A stretch of 64,000 nt of DNA, taken from positions 96,001 through 160,000 of the IMG/VR virus record IMGVR_UViG_3300035070_002905, one strand, 5' to 3'. The stretch is from a virus. How positions within the stretch are numbered: the stretch's first letter is position 1; every line of letters begins with the position of its first letter. Both the position numbers and the translations under genes were made by a program. Positions 8,792 to 17,689 of this stretch are shown in pieces. The notes under the pieces are model-generated. The model had not been told where the DNA came from. It was given only the letters and a program-made list of their open reading frames with translations, and did not search any database.

Positions 8792-8809
8792 GCTAATCCA
8801 GGAGTAACC

Positions 8810-9409
8810 ATGGACTATCCACAACCAAGTGACGTACAGAAGCAGATCAATGATGCTATCGTAGCCTGTCTAGATAATAACATCATCCGTTCTCTGGAAG
8901 ACATCCTGGAGCCGATTATCGGTGAGCAGAAAGGAGTCTTCAATGGTTCAATCAAATATCGTGGCGATATCAGCGATGCACAGATGCTGGTTAAACAGTA
9001 TGTAGGCATGATGCCTCTACAACAGATCTGCGGTCGTATCCTCCACGACGATACAATCATCCGCCTATGGAAGGGCGAGAGCTGTGTGGTAACTGAATCC
9101 CTGATGAACACTACATTCGTTCGTCGTGGTGAAGATCACCTCAAGCTTATCTTGGTCACCGTAAATGACCCGGCTACAGTAGACTACGTGAGTAATCTAG
9201 ACTGTGCGTACAACATCGAGCTAAATGAAATGCCGGAAGGCCGCCTTGGTATTGAGCTGCAAGTTCCAGTCAGCACTACCAACGCCGATCACTACTTCCA
9301 ATTCCTACAGCGTCTACCAGCTATCCTAGACGTATACTACACTCTACTGACGAGGTTCCCTACATGTCAAATCTCTTCGATCAATTTTCCGGACTTTCTG
9401 AATTCGTAG
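8810..9409 (+). CDS. hypothetical protein in the Ubl-conjugation operon
   Basis: 199 aa; AGGAG RBS; no motif recognised. Confidence 0.75.
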   Translation: MDYPQPSDVQKQINDAIVACLDNNIIRSLEDILEPIIGEQKGVFNGSIKYRGDISDAQMLVKQYVGMMPLQQICGRILHDDTIIRLWKGESCVVTESLMNTTFVRRGEDHLKLILVTVNDPATVDYVSNLDCAYNIELNEMPEGRLGIELQVPVSTTNADHYFQFLQRLPAILDVYYTLLTRFPTCQISSINFPDFLNS

Positions 9410-9648
9410 ATCTGCGTCACGAGTCGTATATGTCTCTGAACAATCTACTAGAAGGCCTTCGTAGCTTCAACGGCACACCTTCAGAAGCTCTTGAGATGGT
9501 TACTACAAGTAACTGGCAAGAAGGGCTTAACGAATACCAGCGACAGCAACAGCGTGTTCGTAACGGTAACCAACAAACGATCCGCGCTATGCAGCAGATC
9601 ACTTTCCGCGACTGTAAACCTGTAATGAGAGGAATCATCTATGTCTAG
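9364..9648 (+). CDS. small hypothetical protein in the Ubl operon (alternative start 9430)
   Basis: Fills the gap between 8810-9409 and the E2 gene; 8-nt overlap with E2. Confidence 0.55.
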   Translation: MSNLFDQFSGLSEFVDLRHESYMSLNNLLEGLRSFNGTPSEALEMVTTSNWQEGLNEYQRQQQRVRNGNQQTIRAMQQITFRDCKPVMRGIIYV

Positions 9649-10333
9649 TCATATCGACGCTCGTATCCACGCAGAAGGCTACGTATCTATCAGTAACGAA
9701 GCTGGTGCAAACAAGAACATCTCGATCCCTGACTTCTTGCGTAAGATCAACCAGCTTGAGCAGGAGAATGGCAACCAGACTCAGGAAGTAGGCGAGGCGT
9801 ATACTTACCCGTCGTCTATCCACTCGGTCCAGCGTACCACTGATGGTTTCATTGTAAGCCTGTACTTCAACGAGCGTGAAGCTAACATACGTCACTCGTA
9901 CGGTGAAAGCTACCTGATCACTGTACCTAACGTAATGATCCGTCTGGAGCTACGTAAGGTTAACGGCGAAGAGCGCTACTCGATTGTAGATGCACGCTTC
10001 TACGCTACCGATAAGAACCGCATCAGCTTGCCTACGGTATTCCCTAGCGAGCCACGCAGTCAAGAACATATCTGGGCACTACCATTCCCTAATATGTATT
10101 CCGAAGGTAACATGTGCTACGGCGGTAACAGCATGCCTAGCGTAATCTACCGTGATTGGACTGTACTAGACTCTGTCTACCAGACTCTGATCATCGATGC
10201 ATCATGTAACAACGACTTGAACGTACCGTCAGTTAACGATGGTCCGTCTAATGGCGACGACTGGTTACAAGTCCTAGCCGACCACCACTCTCGCGGTGAT
10301 GGTTTCCCTTACACTCGTCTATACAACTACTAG
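9641..10333 (+). CDS. E2-like (UBC-fold) conjugating enzyme, Prok-E2 family D / PRTRC protein B-like
   Basis: ALPFPNMYSEGNMCYG matches the P-F-x-N-x-Y-x-x-G-x-x-C-x-G catalytic-Cys motif; operon context. Confidence 0.8.
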   Translation: MSSHIDARIHAEGYVSISNEAGANKNISIPDFLRKINQLEQENGNQTQEVGEAYTYPSSIHSVQRTTDGFIVSLYFNEREANIRHSYGESYLITVPNVMIRLELRKVNGEERYSIVDARFYATDKNRISLPTVFPSEPRSQEHIWALPFPNMYSEGNMCYGGNSMPSVIYRDWTVLDSVYQTLIIDASCNNDLNVPSVNDGPSNGDDWLQVLADHHSRGDGFPYTRLYNY

Positions 10334-10345
10334 GAATATACTACC

Positions 10346-11479
10346 ATGGCAATGATTATTAACCCGATTACTACAGCATTCATGACAGCAGCCGAGTACG
10401 ATTCAGGTGAATTCGCTCGCTTCCCATTCAAGTACATCCTTGAAGAGAACGGCTCGATCATGTACCACACACAACTAAGTGCAGGTCGCTTCGTCTGCAT
10501 GGAAGAAGCTAAGATCAAAGGCCTGGCGGTCAACAAGACGACTAAGCCTCGTGAAGCAATCTTGCAACATCTACCTAACGGTGGTCAACGCGTTCCTGAA
10601 GAGTTCTTCTGGCAGATCCGCCAGTTCTTCCTTGACGTAATGGGTATGGGCCCGTCTACATATGAAGCTCAGGTCTTCGTACTGTGGAACGAGCATACTC
10701 AAGAGTATCGAATCATGGTCCCTAAGCAAACTGTATCAGCAGCAGCGGTACGTTATGACATTCAAGATCAGCTAGGTGAAGGCGACCACATCATTATGGA
10801 TATCCACAGCCATAACGATATGGGTGCGTTCTTCTCGGGAACCGATGACCGTGACGATGCGAAGAACTGCTGGATCTCTGGCGTGTTCGGTAAGCTCTCT
10901 ACTAACCTAGAGTACCGCTTCCGCTTCAACGATGGCACCGGCCACCACTACGAGCTGGCTAAAGGTGATATCTTCACGGTACCCGCAGCACAGTCTCAAG
11001 AGACTCCGCAGGCTTGGATCGACCAGGTTGAAATCCAGACGTACTCGAGCACTCGGTATCAAGGATACAATCGTCAGCCTTATCAAAGCGGTAACTACGG
11101 CGGTTGGCCGAATAGGAACCGCAATGCAGTAGAGACTCAGGACTACCCTGGCTGGGGCGATTCATGGGATGACGATACTACGGGACTTTTTAGCGAGGCG
11201 TCAGACCTGGACGCCTTCTTAAACGGGTCTACATTCTCGGAAGATGATGCATACAGCGAGTTCTATGATACACTGGTTGACTGCCTGTCTACGTTAGACC
11301 CTAAAGAGAGCGTTAACGTTCTTAAAGAGTTCATTAGCTGGATCGACAACCCTGCTCATGAGGCTGAAACTACTGATCGTGAATGGGACTCCTATAGCGA
11401 CGTGACGTATTACTACAGCCTATTTAAAGTAACACCTGAAATGGGTAAAGCTGTCGCACAGGACGTAATGGGAGCTTAA
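10346..11479 (+). CDS. JAB/MPN+ metallopeptidase (deubiquitinase-like; PRTRC protein A-like) with a low-complexity C-terminal extension
   Basis: YEAQVFV (catalytic Glu), VPKQTVSAAAVRY, DIHSHNDMGAFFSGTDDRDD (HxH-x7-S-x2-D). Confidence 0.9.
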   Translation: MAMIINPITTAFMTAAEYDSGEFARFPFKYILEENGSIMYHTQLSAGRFVCMEEAKIKGLAVNKTTKPREAILQHLPNGGQRVPEEFFWQIRQFFLDVMGMGPSTYEAQVFVLWNEHTQEYRIMVPKQTVSAAAVRYDIQDQLGEGDHIIMDIHSHNDMGAFFSGTDDRDDAKNCWISGVFGKLSTNLEYRFRFNDGTGHHYELAKGDIFTVPAAQSQETPQAWIDQVEIQTYSSTRYQGYNRQPYQSGNYGGWPNRNRNAVETQDYPGWGDSWDDDTTGLFSEASDLDAFLNGSTFSEDDAYSEFYDTLVDCLSTLDPKESVNVLKEFISWIDNPAHEAETTDREWDSYSDVTYYYSLFKVTPEMGKAVAQDVMGA

Positions 11480-12025
11480 ATGGAATTAGAACTGACACAG
11501 GGATGTGTCACTCTTATTGATGATGAAGATGCCGACCTTGTGTCGGCTCACAAGTGGTATCCTTTATACGTACCAAGTAGAGATAAATACATGGTGATAC
11601 GTAATAGGAAGATGGTGAACTACGAGAGGAGTGGTACTAGGTATCTGCATACCTTCCTACTGCCTGTTAAAGATGGATATTCTGTAGATCATATAAACAG
11701 GGATCCTCTAGATAACCGACGTAGTAATTTACGAGTAGCTAATAAGCAGCAGCAGCAGCTTAACACTGGACCTCGCAGGAATTCACCTATCCCGTATAAA
11801 GGAGTATCTTATAAGAAGACTAATAGCAATTACGTAGCTCAGATGTATGCACATGGTAGGAATATACATATAGGATCATTCGATTCTCCTACTGATGCAG
11901 CATTGGCGTATGATGAATACTCATTAGACTATTGGTCTAACATCCCCGACGATCCTATCTCAGGGTCGTATACACAATTCCTATATTTAAACTTTCCGGA
12001 GAAACACAATGGCACTATTGCGTAA
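11480..12025 (+). CDS. HNH homing endonuclease with C-terminal AP2 domain
   Basis: VDHINRDPLDNRRSNLR (HNH); YKGVS...YVAQ...HIGSF...AALAYD (AP2); visibly more AT-rich than its flanks. Confidence 0.9.
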   Translation: MELELTQGCVTLIDDEDADLVSAHKWYPLYVPSRDKYMVIRNRKMVNYERSGTRYLHTFLLPVKDGYSVDHINRDPLDNRRSNLRVANKQQQQLNTGPRRNSPIPYKGVSYKKTNSNYVAQMYAHGRNIHIGSFDSPTDAALAYDEYSLDYWSNIPDDPISGSYTQFLYLNFPEKHNGTIA

Positions 12026-13025
12026 ATTTGATTTACTTTTGCAGGACGTTATCGTCGTGGGTTGTGGTGGTACAGGTTCACGTACAATCCCTATGATCGT
12101 GCAGCTGTTGAAGACTGCTCCTGCAGCGATCGGTCCCGCGCTATACCTAGTGGATGGTGATGAGGTTGAGGCTAAGAACCTTGCCCGTCAGAACTTCATC
12201 GAGCCTGATATCGGTCGTAACAAGGCGGTTGTACTAGCTGAGCGCTACGGCCAGGCTATGGACTTCCCTGTACATGCACATCCGCAGTTCGTTACGGACG
12301 GCGGTAACATCGTGGGTGACATTAACCGATCGGCTAGCTCTAACGACTTCCGTCAGCTAGGCCAGATGCGTAAGATCTGGATCCTTGCAGTAGATAGCAT
12401 CAAGGCTCGTATGATGGTACTTCAACAGGCCGGTCACAACGATGTAATCATCGATGCCGGTAATGAAGATACATTCGGTCAGGTGAGCATCTACGATAAC
12501 ATCCACCTAGAGTGCCTCCAGGGCGACTCTACGCCGGAGTTAGGTCCCTTCCAAGGGGATTACGCACTGCCGTTCATTCCGTCGCCCCTGACGTCGTACA
12601 TCGCCGCTGTGATCAATCCTCCGGTTGCTACCGGTTCGTGTGCAGATCTAGATCAGTCTCTAGCGATCAACAATATGATGTCTGCGGGCATCGTTGGTAT
12701 GCTGCAGAACCTGATCTACAACAACGAGTTCTATACCTGTACTAACTCGTACGACCTGCACCGCGGTAACCAGTCGACTTCAATGAACCACCTCTGGTTC
12801 AACGAGACGATGGGCCGTCAGCGCTTCGAGAAGCAGGAGTTCGGTCGTCTTGGCGATGATCTACCTAACCGTCTGTACGATCACCTGTCTAGCCACTCTC
12901 AGAACTTCCTGATGGCGAAGAACATGGAGACTCGTCGTGGTTCAATGGTACATGAACTGCTTTGCGATATCCGCTCTAAGACTACTGCCGTAGATCCAGC
13001 CGTCCTGGCTGCTCTAAAGCTATAA
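12009..13025 (+). CDS. ThiF/E1-like activating enzyme (PRTRC ThiF-like)
   Basis: VVGCGGTG; DGDEVEAKNLARQNF...GRNKA; AVDS; DAGNE; putative catalytic GSCADLDQSLAIN. Confidence 0.92.
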   Translation: MALLRKFDLLLQDVIVVGCGGTGSRTIPMIVQLLKTAPAAIGPALYLVDGDEVEAKNLARQNFIEPDIGRNKAVVLAERYGQAMDFPVHAHPQFVTDGGNIVGDINRSASSNDFRQLGQMRKIWILAVDSIKARMMVLQQAGHNDVIIDAGNEDTFGQVSIYDNIHLECLQGDSTPELGPFQGDYALPFIPSPLTSYIAAVINPPVATGSCADLDQSLAINNMMSAGIVGMLQNLIYNNEFYTCTNSYDLHRGNQSTSMNHLWFNETMGRQRFEKQEFGRLGDDLPNRLYDHLSSHSQNFLMAKNMETRRGSMVHELLCDIRSKTTAVDPAVLAALKL

Positions 13026-13026
13026 C

Positions 13027-13058
13027 AAAAAGGCCAGCTCCGTGAGGGGCTGGCCTTT
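13027..13058. terminator. bidirectional terminator between the convergent Ubl operon and virion module
   Basis: AAAAAGGCCAGCTCC-GTGA-GGGGCTGGCCTTT. Confidence 0.85.
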
Positions 13059-13084
13059 AGTTCTTCTTATTTTTTCGCTTGTCC

Positions 13085-13444
13085 CTAGTTCCTAGCCTCC
13101 AGACGCGTCACCTGCTTTCTTAGTTCCGATAGCTCCCTAGGTACTTCTGATAATGCTTTTAACGTGGCAGATATTTCAGCCATATTAACCTCCGCGGCAG
13201 TTGATCGGTTCTGCGTCTCTCTTAGGCTTATCACTATGCCTTCTATATTTTTAGTATTGGTAGCTGCAATGAACTCCAGCTTATCGATCCTCGATACGCT
13301 ATCTGCTCGATGGTTTATGCTACTCTCTGCTGCATTCAATCTAACTTCAAGCTTCGCAATTGAGTTTTTTACAGTAGTCCATGCACCGAAAAGGGCTGTT
13401 ATTCCAACGCCCAGGGGTACTAAATTGGCTATTAACCATTCCAT
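13085..13444 (-). CDS. membrane-anchored coiled-coil protein, lysis-associated (holin/antiholin-like)
   Basis: One N-terminal hydrophobic helix then a heptad coiled coil; next to the holin-like gene; AGGAG RBS. Confidence 0.55.
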   Translation of the reverse strand: MEWLIANLVPLGVGITALFGAWTTVKNSIAKLEVRLNAAESSINHRADSVSRIDKLEFIAATNTKNIEGIVISLRETQNRSTAAEVNMAEISATLKALSEVPRELSELRKQVTRLEARN

Positions 13445-13453
13445 ATAATTCTC

Positions 13454-13876
13454 CTACTTAAACTTTCCTACCCATTGTTTCACCACTGCTTCTACCAGTG
13501 GAATAACGAGTCGACGATATCCCCATACAGACACTAGCATAAGCCCAAGGGCAATCTGATAGTATTGAGGCATGCTTTCCAGCACTGTGAATCCCGCCTG
13601 AATATGTGGTACCATCCCAGGAAAGAAAGCAAGAGGCACCGGTAAAAGGAACAGGTAGAAAGAGATATCATCCATCCAACCGGCAGCTGCGCGAGCCCCA
13701 GTATCCTGAGTAATATCTGCAGTCTGTCCTGCTTGTATTGCCTGGATCTTAGACTCCAGGTTGATCTTTTTTAGCTCATCCTTGCGCTCTTTCTGCGCGG
13801 CTTTAATCTTCTGTCCTTCAGTAAAGTAACCTCCGACAGCACTAGCCACCTCACCTACCCATCCGAATCCTAACAT
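13454..13876 (-). CDS. putative holin (3TM/GTA-type holin-like)
   Basis: WMDD-TM-P...LESMPQYYQ-TM-GYR architecture; ATG 13876 has an AGGAG RBS (ORF track start 13882). Confidence 0.65.
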   Translation of the reverse strand: MLGFGWVGEVASAVGGYFTEGQKIKAAQKERKDELKKINLESKIQAIQAGQTADITQDTGARAAAGWMDDISFYLFLLPVPLAFFPGMVPHIQAGFTVLESMPQYYQIALGLMLVSVWGYRRLVIPLVEAVVKQWVGKFK

Positions 13877-13891
13877 AAACACTCCTTAAGA

Positions 13892-13906
13892 GGCCCCGAA
13901 GGGCCT
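13892..13906 (-). terminator. UUCG stem-loop after the fibre gene
   Basis: AGGCCC-TTCG-GGGCC on the minus strand; weak U tail. Confidence 0.5.
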
Positions 13907-13910
13907 ATCA

Positions 13911-16900
13911 TTACCAGTACATGCTCACTGACACTGCATCATCCGTTAGAGTACCTGCTGCGTCTTTAACGTCAACGAATACTTCACCTAGAGTGATCGT
14001 GTAGTTACATGAACGTACTGCACCTGTTGCAGACCTAGCAGTTGCTATAACTGTAGTGGAATCGTCTAGAACCGGTCCAGCAGGAGCTATAGAGTACTGA
14101 CCTGCCTGAACCCGGGTAACAGCGACGGCGTCTGTAAAGTTACCGTGACGACCGTCGATAGCACCTGTATTACTCAGAGTCATGTGCAGTGCATTACCAG
14201 TCGAGGTGTTCTCGTTATGGTTGATGACCGTCTTACCGCCCTCTACGGCCCAGACATTGCCACGAGGTGAGGCAGTCTGCGTGAACGTCATCTCTTTCTG
14301 AGGGAATACCTGCAGAGAAGGCGTACCGCCGAACAGCTGGTTATCACCTACTTCACCCGATACCGTAGCCACTTCAGATGAACCATTCACGATCGTAAAC
14401 GTATTACCGAAGTCGTATAGACCTTTAGGTATGCGTACAGTCACCGGAGCGTTAACGTTCGGGATGTTGTAGCGAAGTCCCGTACGGATAGACTGCCTGT
14501 CCATCGTCACGTCGGTAGATGCCGCAGCAATCGTGTACGTAGTGATAGACTGAATAGACATGTCATTCACGGCGTTACCCGGTGGAGTGTAGAAGAACGT
14601 ACCGCGGTCAGTTGTACCACCGCCGGCGTAAGTTACTTCACCTACCTTCACACCATCAACGTGGATGTCACACGTGTCTTCGCCAGGAGAGTTGATCATA
14701 CTGATCAGATACATTGTATCACGTTCTAGATCGAACGTAGTGTTACCACCAGAGTTGATCATAGTAATCTGTAGCTGACCACTCGATACTGTAACGTTAT
14801 ACTCGAAACGTCCGTTAGAACCCCAAGAGGTGTTGTTCGGTTCGATATCCACCCAGATCTGACCATCGTGAGCTGCTCCGAACATAGCTCGTAAATCTGT
14901 ACGGAAGCCGTTAGCACGACAGGTATCCCAGAATGCCTGAGTATTATTAGGCGCTTGCAGTGTAATTGTACCACCGGTCTGAGTACAGCGGATCACTTCA
15001 GGGAATCCTGCGTGATTCTCTGTATTTACCCAGCGGACGTTGTTACTACCTGTCCAACCCGAGTCGGCTAGGGTATTGCCCTCTGCGAAGAAGAACTGAC
15101 CTACCGGCTCACCTGAAGCGATACGCGTAGTAGTCACGTAAGACCAGTCCGATCCATCGTACCAGATAGGTCGATTATCGGCCAGGCCATTCAACGCCAG
15201 AGAACCTGTAGGATGTCCAGTATTCTGCGGGATGATACGAGGTAGAAGTGTACCACGTAACGGTGAATCCTGCTGTACTACCACATTCTTCTCTAGGTCA
15301 GGCTCGTTAATGATAACGTGCATGTCGTAGTCGTATAGGTATACTGCTTGGTTAGTACCAGTCGAACGCTTACGTAGTGTAAGAACTGTATCGCCTGCAC
15401 CGGTAGCGAACTCATATTCGAACTCATACGTATCACCTACGTTGTTATTAGCTGCAGGGATCGTTAGCTCAGCTACCTGCGTACCCGTACTATCCACCAG
15501 TTCGAAGTCCTGCGTAGTACCACCTGAAGAAGTACTGATACCGAATCTCAAGTAGATTTTGATACGTTGGAATAGACAGTCGCGGAAAGTGATCTGCGTA
15601 CCGCCGGAGCCTGCTGTATTGTATCGAATACCAAAGTGAGTACCGCCACTGACGATAGGCATTAGTTCTCGTACCGAACCACCGGTATCAGCGCCGTTCA
15701 TAGTGATCGTCGATGCCGGGTTAAGACTAGTATCGTCGACCTCTGGACGCTTATCTGCTACTAGATCCGTCCAGTAGTTCGTATCGATAGGCCAATCGGT
15801 CTTGTTATTAGCTATCCAAGTACCATATTCACCTGCACTCATACGAGTACCGTGGCTTGCATACTTACCTATGATAACGTCGTCGGCATGGATATCTACC
15901 TGTGAATTGGTAGAGAAGTCGATGTACGCAGTGTTAGGGCCGTGCTCACCGATAGATGAACATGCTATACCTCCAGACGTTCCATCTACTATATCACGAT
16001 CAGACCACTCATCCGTACTAATAGTAGAGACTACTACTTCTGTACCTGTAGGAGTATATAGGGTAGGAGTACCGAATACTACACCTGAGGCGTAAGGCAG
16101 TGGAATGATACTAGACATCAACCCTTCGTACGTCTTGGATGGGTCTATTCTAATCTGTAATCGTATAGAGTCTACTGTATCGGCAGAATCTCGAATCATT
16201 CGGTACTGAGTACCTCCACCGATATCCCCTGTCTGTACCAGACCTAGGATACGGAAGGTAGTCGTAGACGTTCCATCGGGAACTCCACGTACCATGTTCA
16301 TGTTAATACGGTTAGTGATTACTGTATCGCCGCCCGATTGAATGAACAGGATAAAGTCAGCACCTGAAGTGTCTACCGTACCTGCAGTAAGTGCTGGCCA
16401 AGTAATCAAGTCGTACCAACCTATGCCACCTGCACCTAGATCAGTAAACTGTGCATATGCGTGTTGGCTGCCGCCTGCCGGGATGTTCTTAATGAATGAC
16501 GCGTCTAGACGATCATCTGCAGTAAGAGTCTCCAGGGCATCACGTACACCTGCACCGGATGTGTAGATCGTATCGGCTACAAACCCGTATGGATTGTACG
16601 TAGTTGTAGGGTTCAGAGTAACACCTACTGAATCATGGATGATCTCTATATGTGCATCACCGACACCACCTGTATCTAGGAATGTACCAGTTAGATAATC
16701 TTCGATGCGCAGGTAAGATGCTGCGAAGGCACTGTTACCGATTACAATATCACCAGCTACTTGTCCGAAGTTGTAGTGACTACCATTAGATAGTGTTATG
16801 TTACCTACCAGTGCTCCGATGTGCATCTCACAACGTGCAGCTGTGGAGTTACTTACGTTACCTGTAAGTGTAGCGTAAGGCAGTTCGAAGTCTAAGGGCG

Positions 16901-17651
16901 TAAATGGAGCGATGTTCTCTGTAAACGTAGACGCATCTTGACATTTAATAACGCGCTTACTTGTCGTAGGGAACGCAGAAGCTAGAGTAACCGCTTGCGC
17001 GATAGTCAGTACCGGCTGTTCCGGAGAACGACCATCGGCATTATCATCACCGCTAGCTGATACGTATACCATCTGTGCACTATCGATAAAGTCGATAGCT
17101 TCTGCACCTAGACGATCTGCGTCCGTAAGAGTCTCTAGCTTATCACGGATAGTACTAGCATCATCTTTAACTAGTAGAGAAGAAGGTTCTACCGGTCCGA
17201 ATACTACCTCTTCATCTGTCATTGGAGTCCAGACAGTTAAGTTCTCGGGGATGGTAGTTGTATCGCCTGCAGGATTCCTTGCAACTGATAGGTCTACATT
17301 CATAGACGACAGTGCAGCAGTAGCCTGAACTTGTAGATGTACAGGTGATCGTAGATCATTAGAATCTTCACGTAGAAGACGTACCATATCTACTGCAGGC
17401 ACATTAGAGTCTGTTGCGTGCGTTAGGATGCCCCATTTTACAGGTGCGTTACCTAGGTTACCTTGTATTGTGAAATCAAAGTAAGTGAACTCGCCTGCTT
17501 TAGACATGTCCAGCGTTACCCTCTCTGAGAAGCTGCCACTACCGGTGACGGTAGCGATAGTCAGCCAGTCGTTATTCGTTCGGGTCTGTCCTACTAGATT
17601 AACGGAGGTGAACGACTTATCCCCTACTGGGATTATATTTGCTATTGACAT
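13911..17651 (-). CDS. tail fibre / receptor-binding protein (1246 aa)
   Basis: Thr/Gly/Ser-rich beta-type sequence; VYVSASGDDNADGRSPEQPVLTI (motif that precedes beta-helix domains); shares the RDxLExLTxxxRLDAS module with the neighbour; gp37-like C-terminus VTRVQAGQY. Confidence 0.7.
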   Translation of the reverse strand: MSIANIIPVGDKSFTSVNLVGQTRTNNDWLTIATVTGSGSFSERVTLDMSKAGEFTYFDFTIQGNLGNAPVKWGILTHATDSNVPAVDMVRLLREDSNDLRSPVHLQVQATAALSSMNVDLSVARNPAGDTTTIPENLTVWTPMTDEEVVFGPVEPSSLLVKDDASTIRDKLETLTDADRLGAEAIDFIDSAQMVYVSASGDDNADGRSPEQPVLTIAQAVTLASAFPTTSKRVIKCQDASTFTENIAPFTPLDFELPYATLTGNVSNSTAARCEMHIGALVGNITLSNGSHYNFGQVAGDIVIGNSAFAASYLRIEDYLTGTFLDTGGVGDAHIEIIHDSVGVTLNPTTTYNPYGFVADTIYTSGAGVRDALETLTADDRLDASFIKNIPAGGSQHAYAQFTDLGAGGIGWYDLITWPALTAGTVDTSGADFILFIQSGGDTVITNRINMNMVRGVPDGTSTTTFRILGLVQTGDIGGGTQYRMIRDSADTVDSIRLQIRIDPSKTYEGLMSSIIPLPYASGVVFGTPTLYTPTGTEVVVSTISTDEWSDRDIVDGTSGGIACSSIGEHGPNTAYIDFSTNSQVDIHADDVIIGKYASHGTRMSAGEYGTWIANNKTDWPIDTNYWTDLVADKRPEVDDTSLNPASTITMNGADTGGSVRELMPIVSGGTHFGIRYNTAGSGGTQITFRDCLFQRIKIYLRFGISTSSGGTTQDFELVDSTGTQVAELTIPAANNNVGDTYEFEYEFATGAGDTVLTLRKRSTGTNQAVYLYDYDMHVIINEPDLEKNVVVQQDSPLRGTLLPRIIPQNTGHPTGSLALNGLADNRPIWYDGSDWSYVTTTRIASGEPVGQFFFAEGNTLADSGWTGSNNVRWVNTENHAGFPEVIRCTQTGGTITLQAPNNTQAFWDTCRANGFRTDLRAMFGAAHDGQIWVDIEPNNTSWGSNGRFEYNVTVSSGQLQITMINSGGNTTFDLERDTMYLISMINSPGEDTCDIHVDGVKVGEVTYAGGGTTDRGTFFYTPPGNAVNDMSIQSITTYTIAAASTDVTMDRQSIRTGLRYNIPNVNAPVTVRIPKGLYDFGNTFTIVNGSSEVATVSGEVGDNQLFGGTPSLQVFPQKEMTFTQTASPRGNVWAVEGGKTVINHNENTSTGNALHMTLSNTGAIDGRHGNFTDAVAVTRVQAGQYSIAPAGPVLDDSTTVIATARSATGAVRSCNYTITLGEVFVDVKDAAGTLTDDAVSVSMYW

Positions 17652-17689
17652 TTTGTCTCCTAAATAGGGGCCGGAGCCCCCTTTATTTA

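Noticed and set aside
11480-12025. HNH as part of a group I intron in JAB or E1
   Set aside because: Both flanking genes are complete and there is no non-coding room for an intron core
12009-13025. ThiF/MoeB for thiamine or molybdopterin biosynthesis
   Set aside because: No biosynthetic genes nearby, no CxxC Zn pairs typical of MoeB/ThiF, and E2 plus JAB partners point to protein conjugation; a sulfur-relay role is not formally excluded
13085-13882. Complete lysis cassette
   Set aside because: Only holin-like membrane proteins are seen; no endolysin or lipoprotein spanin motif recognised in the window
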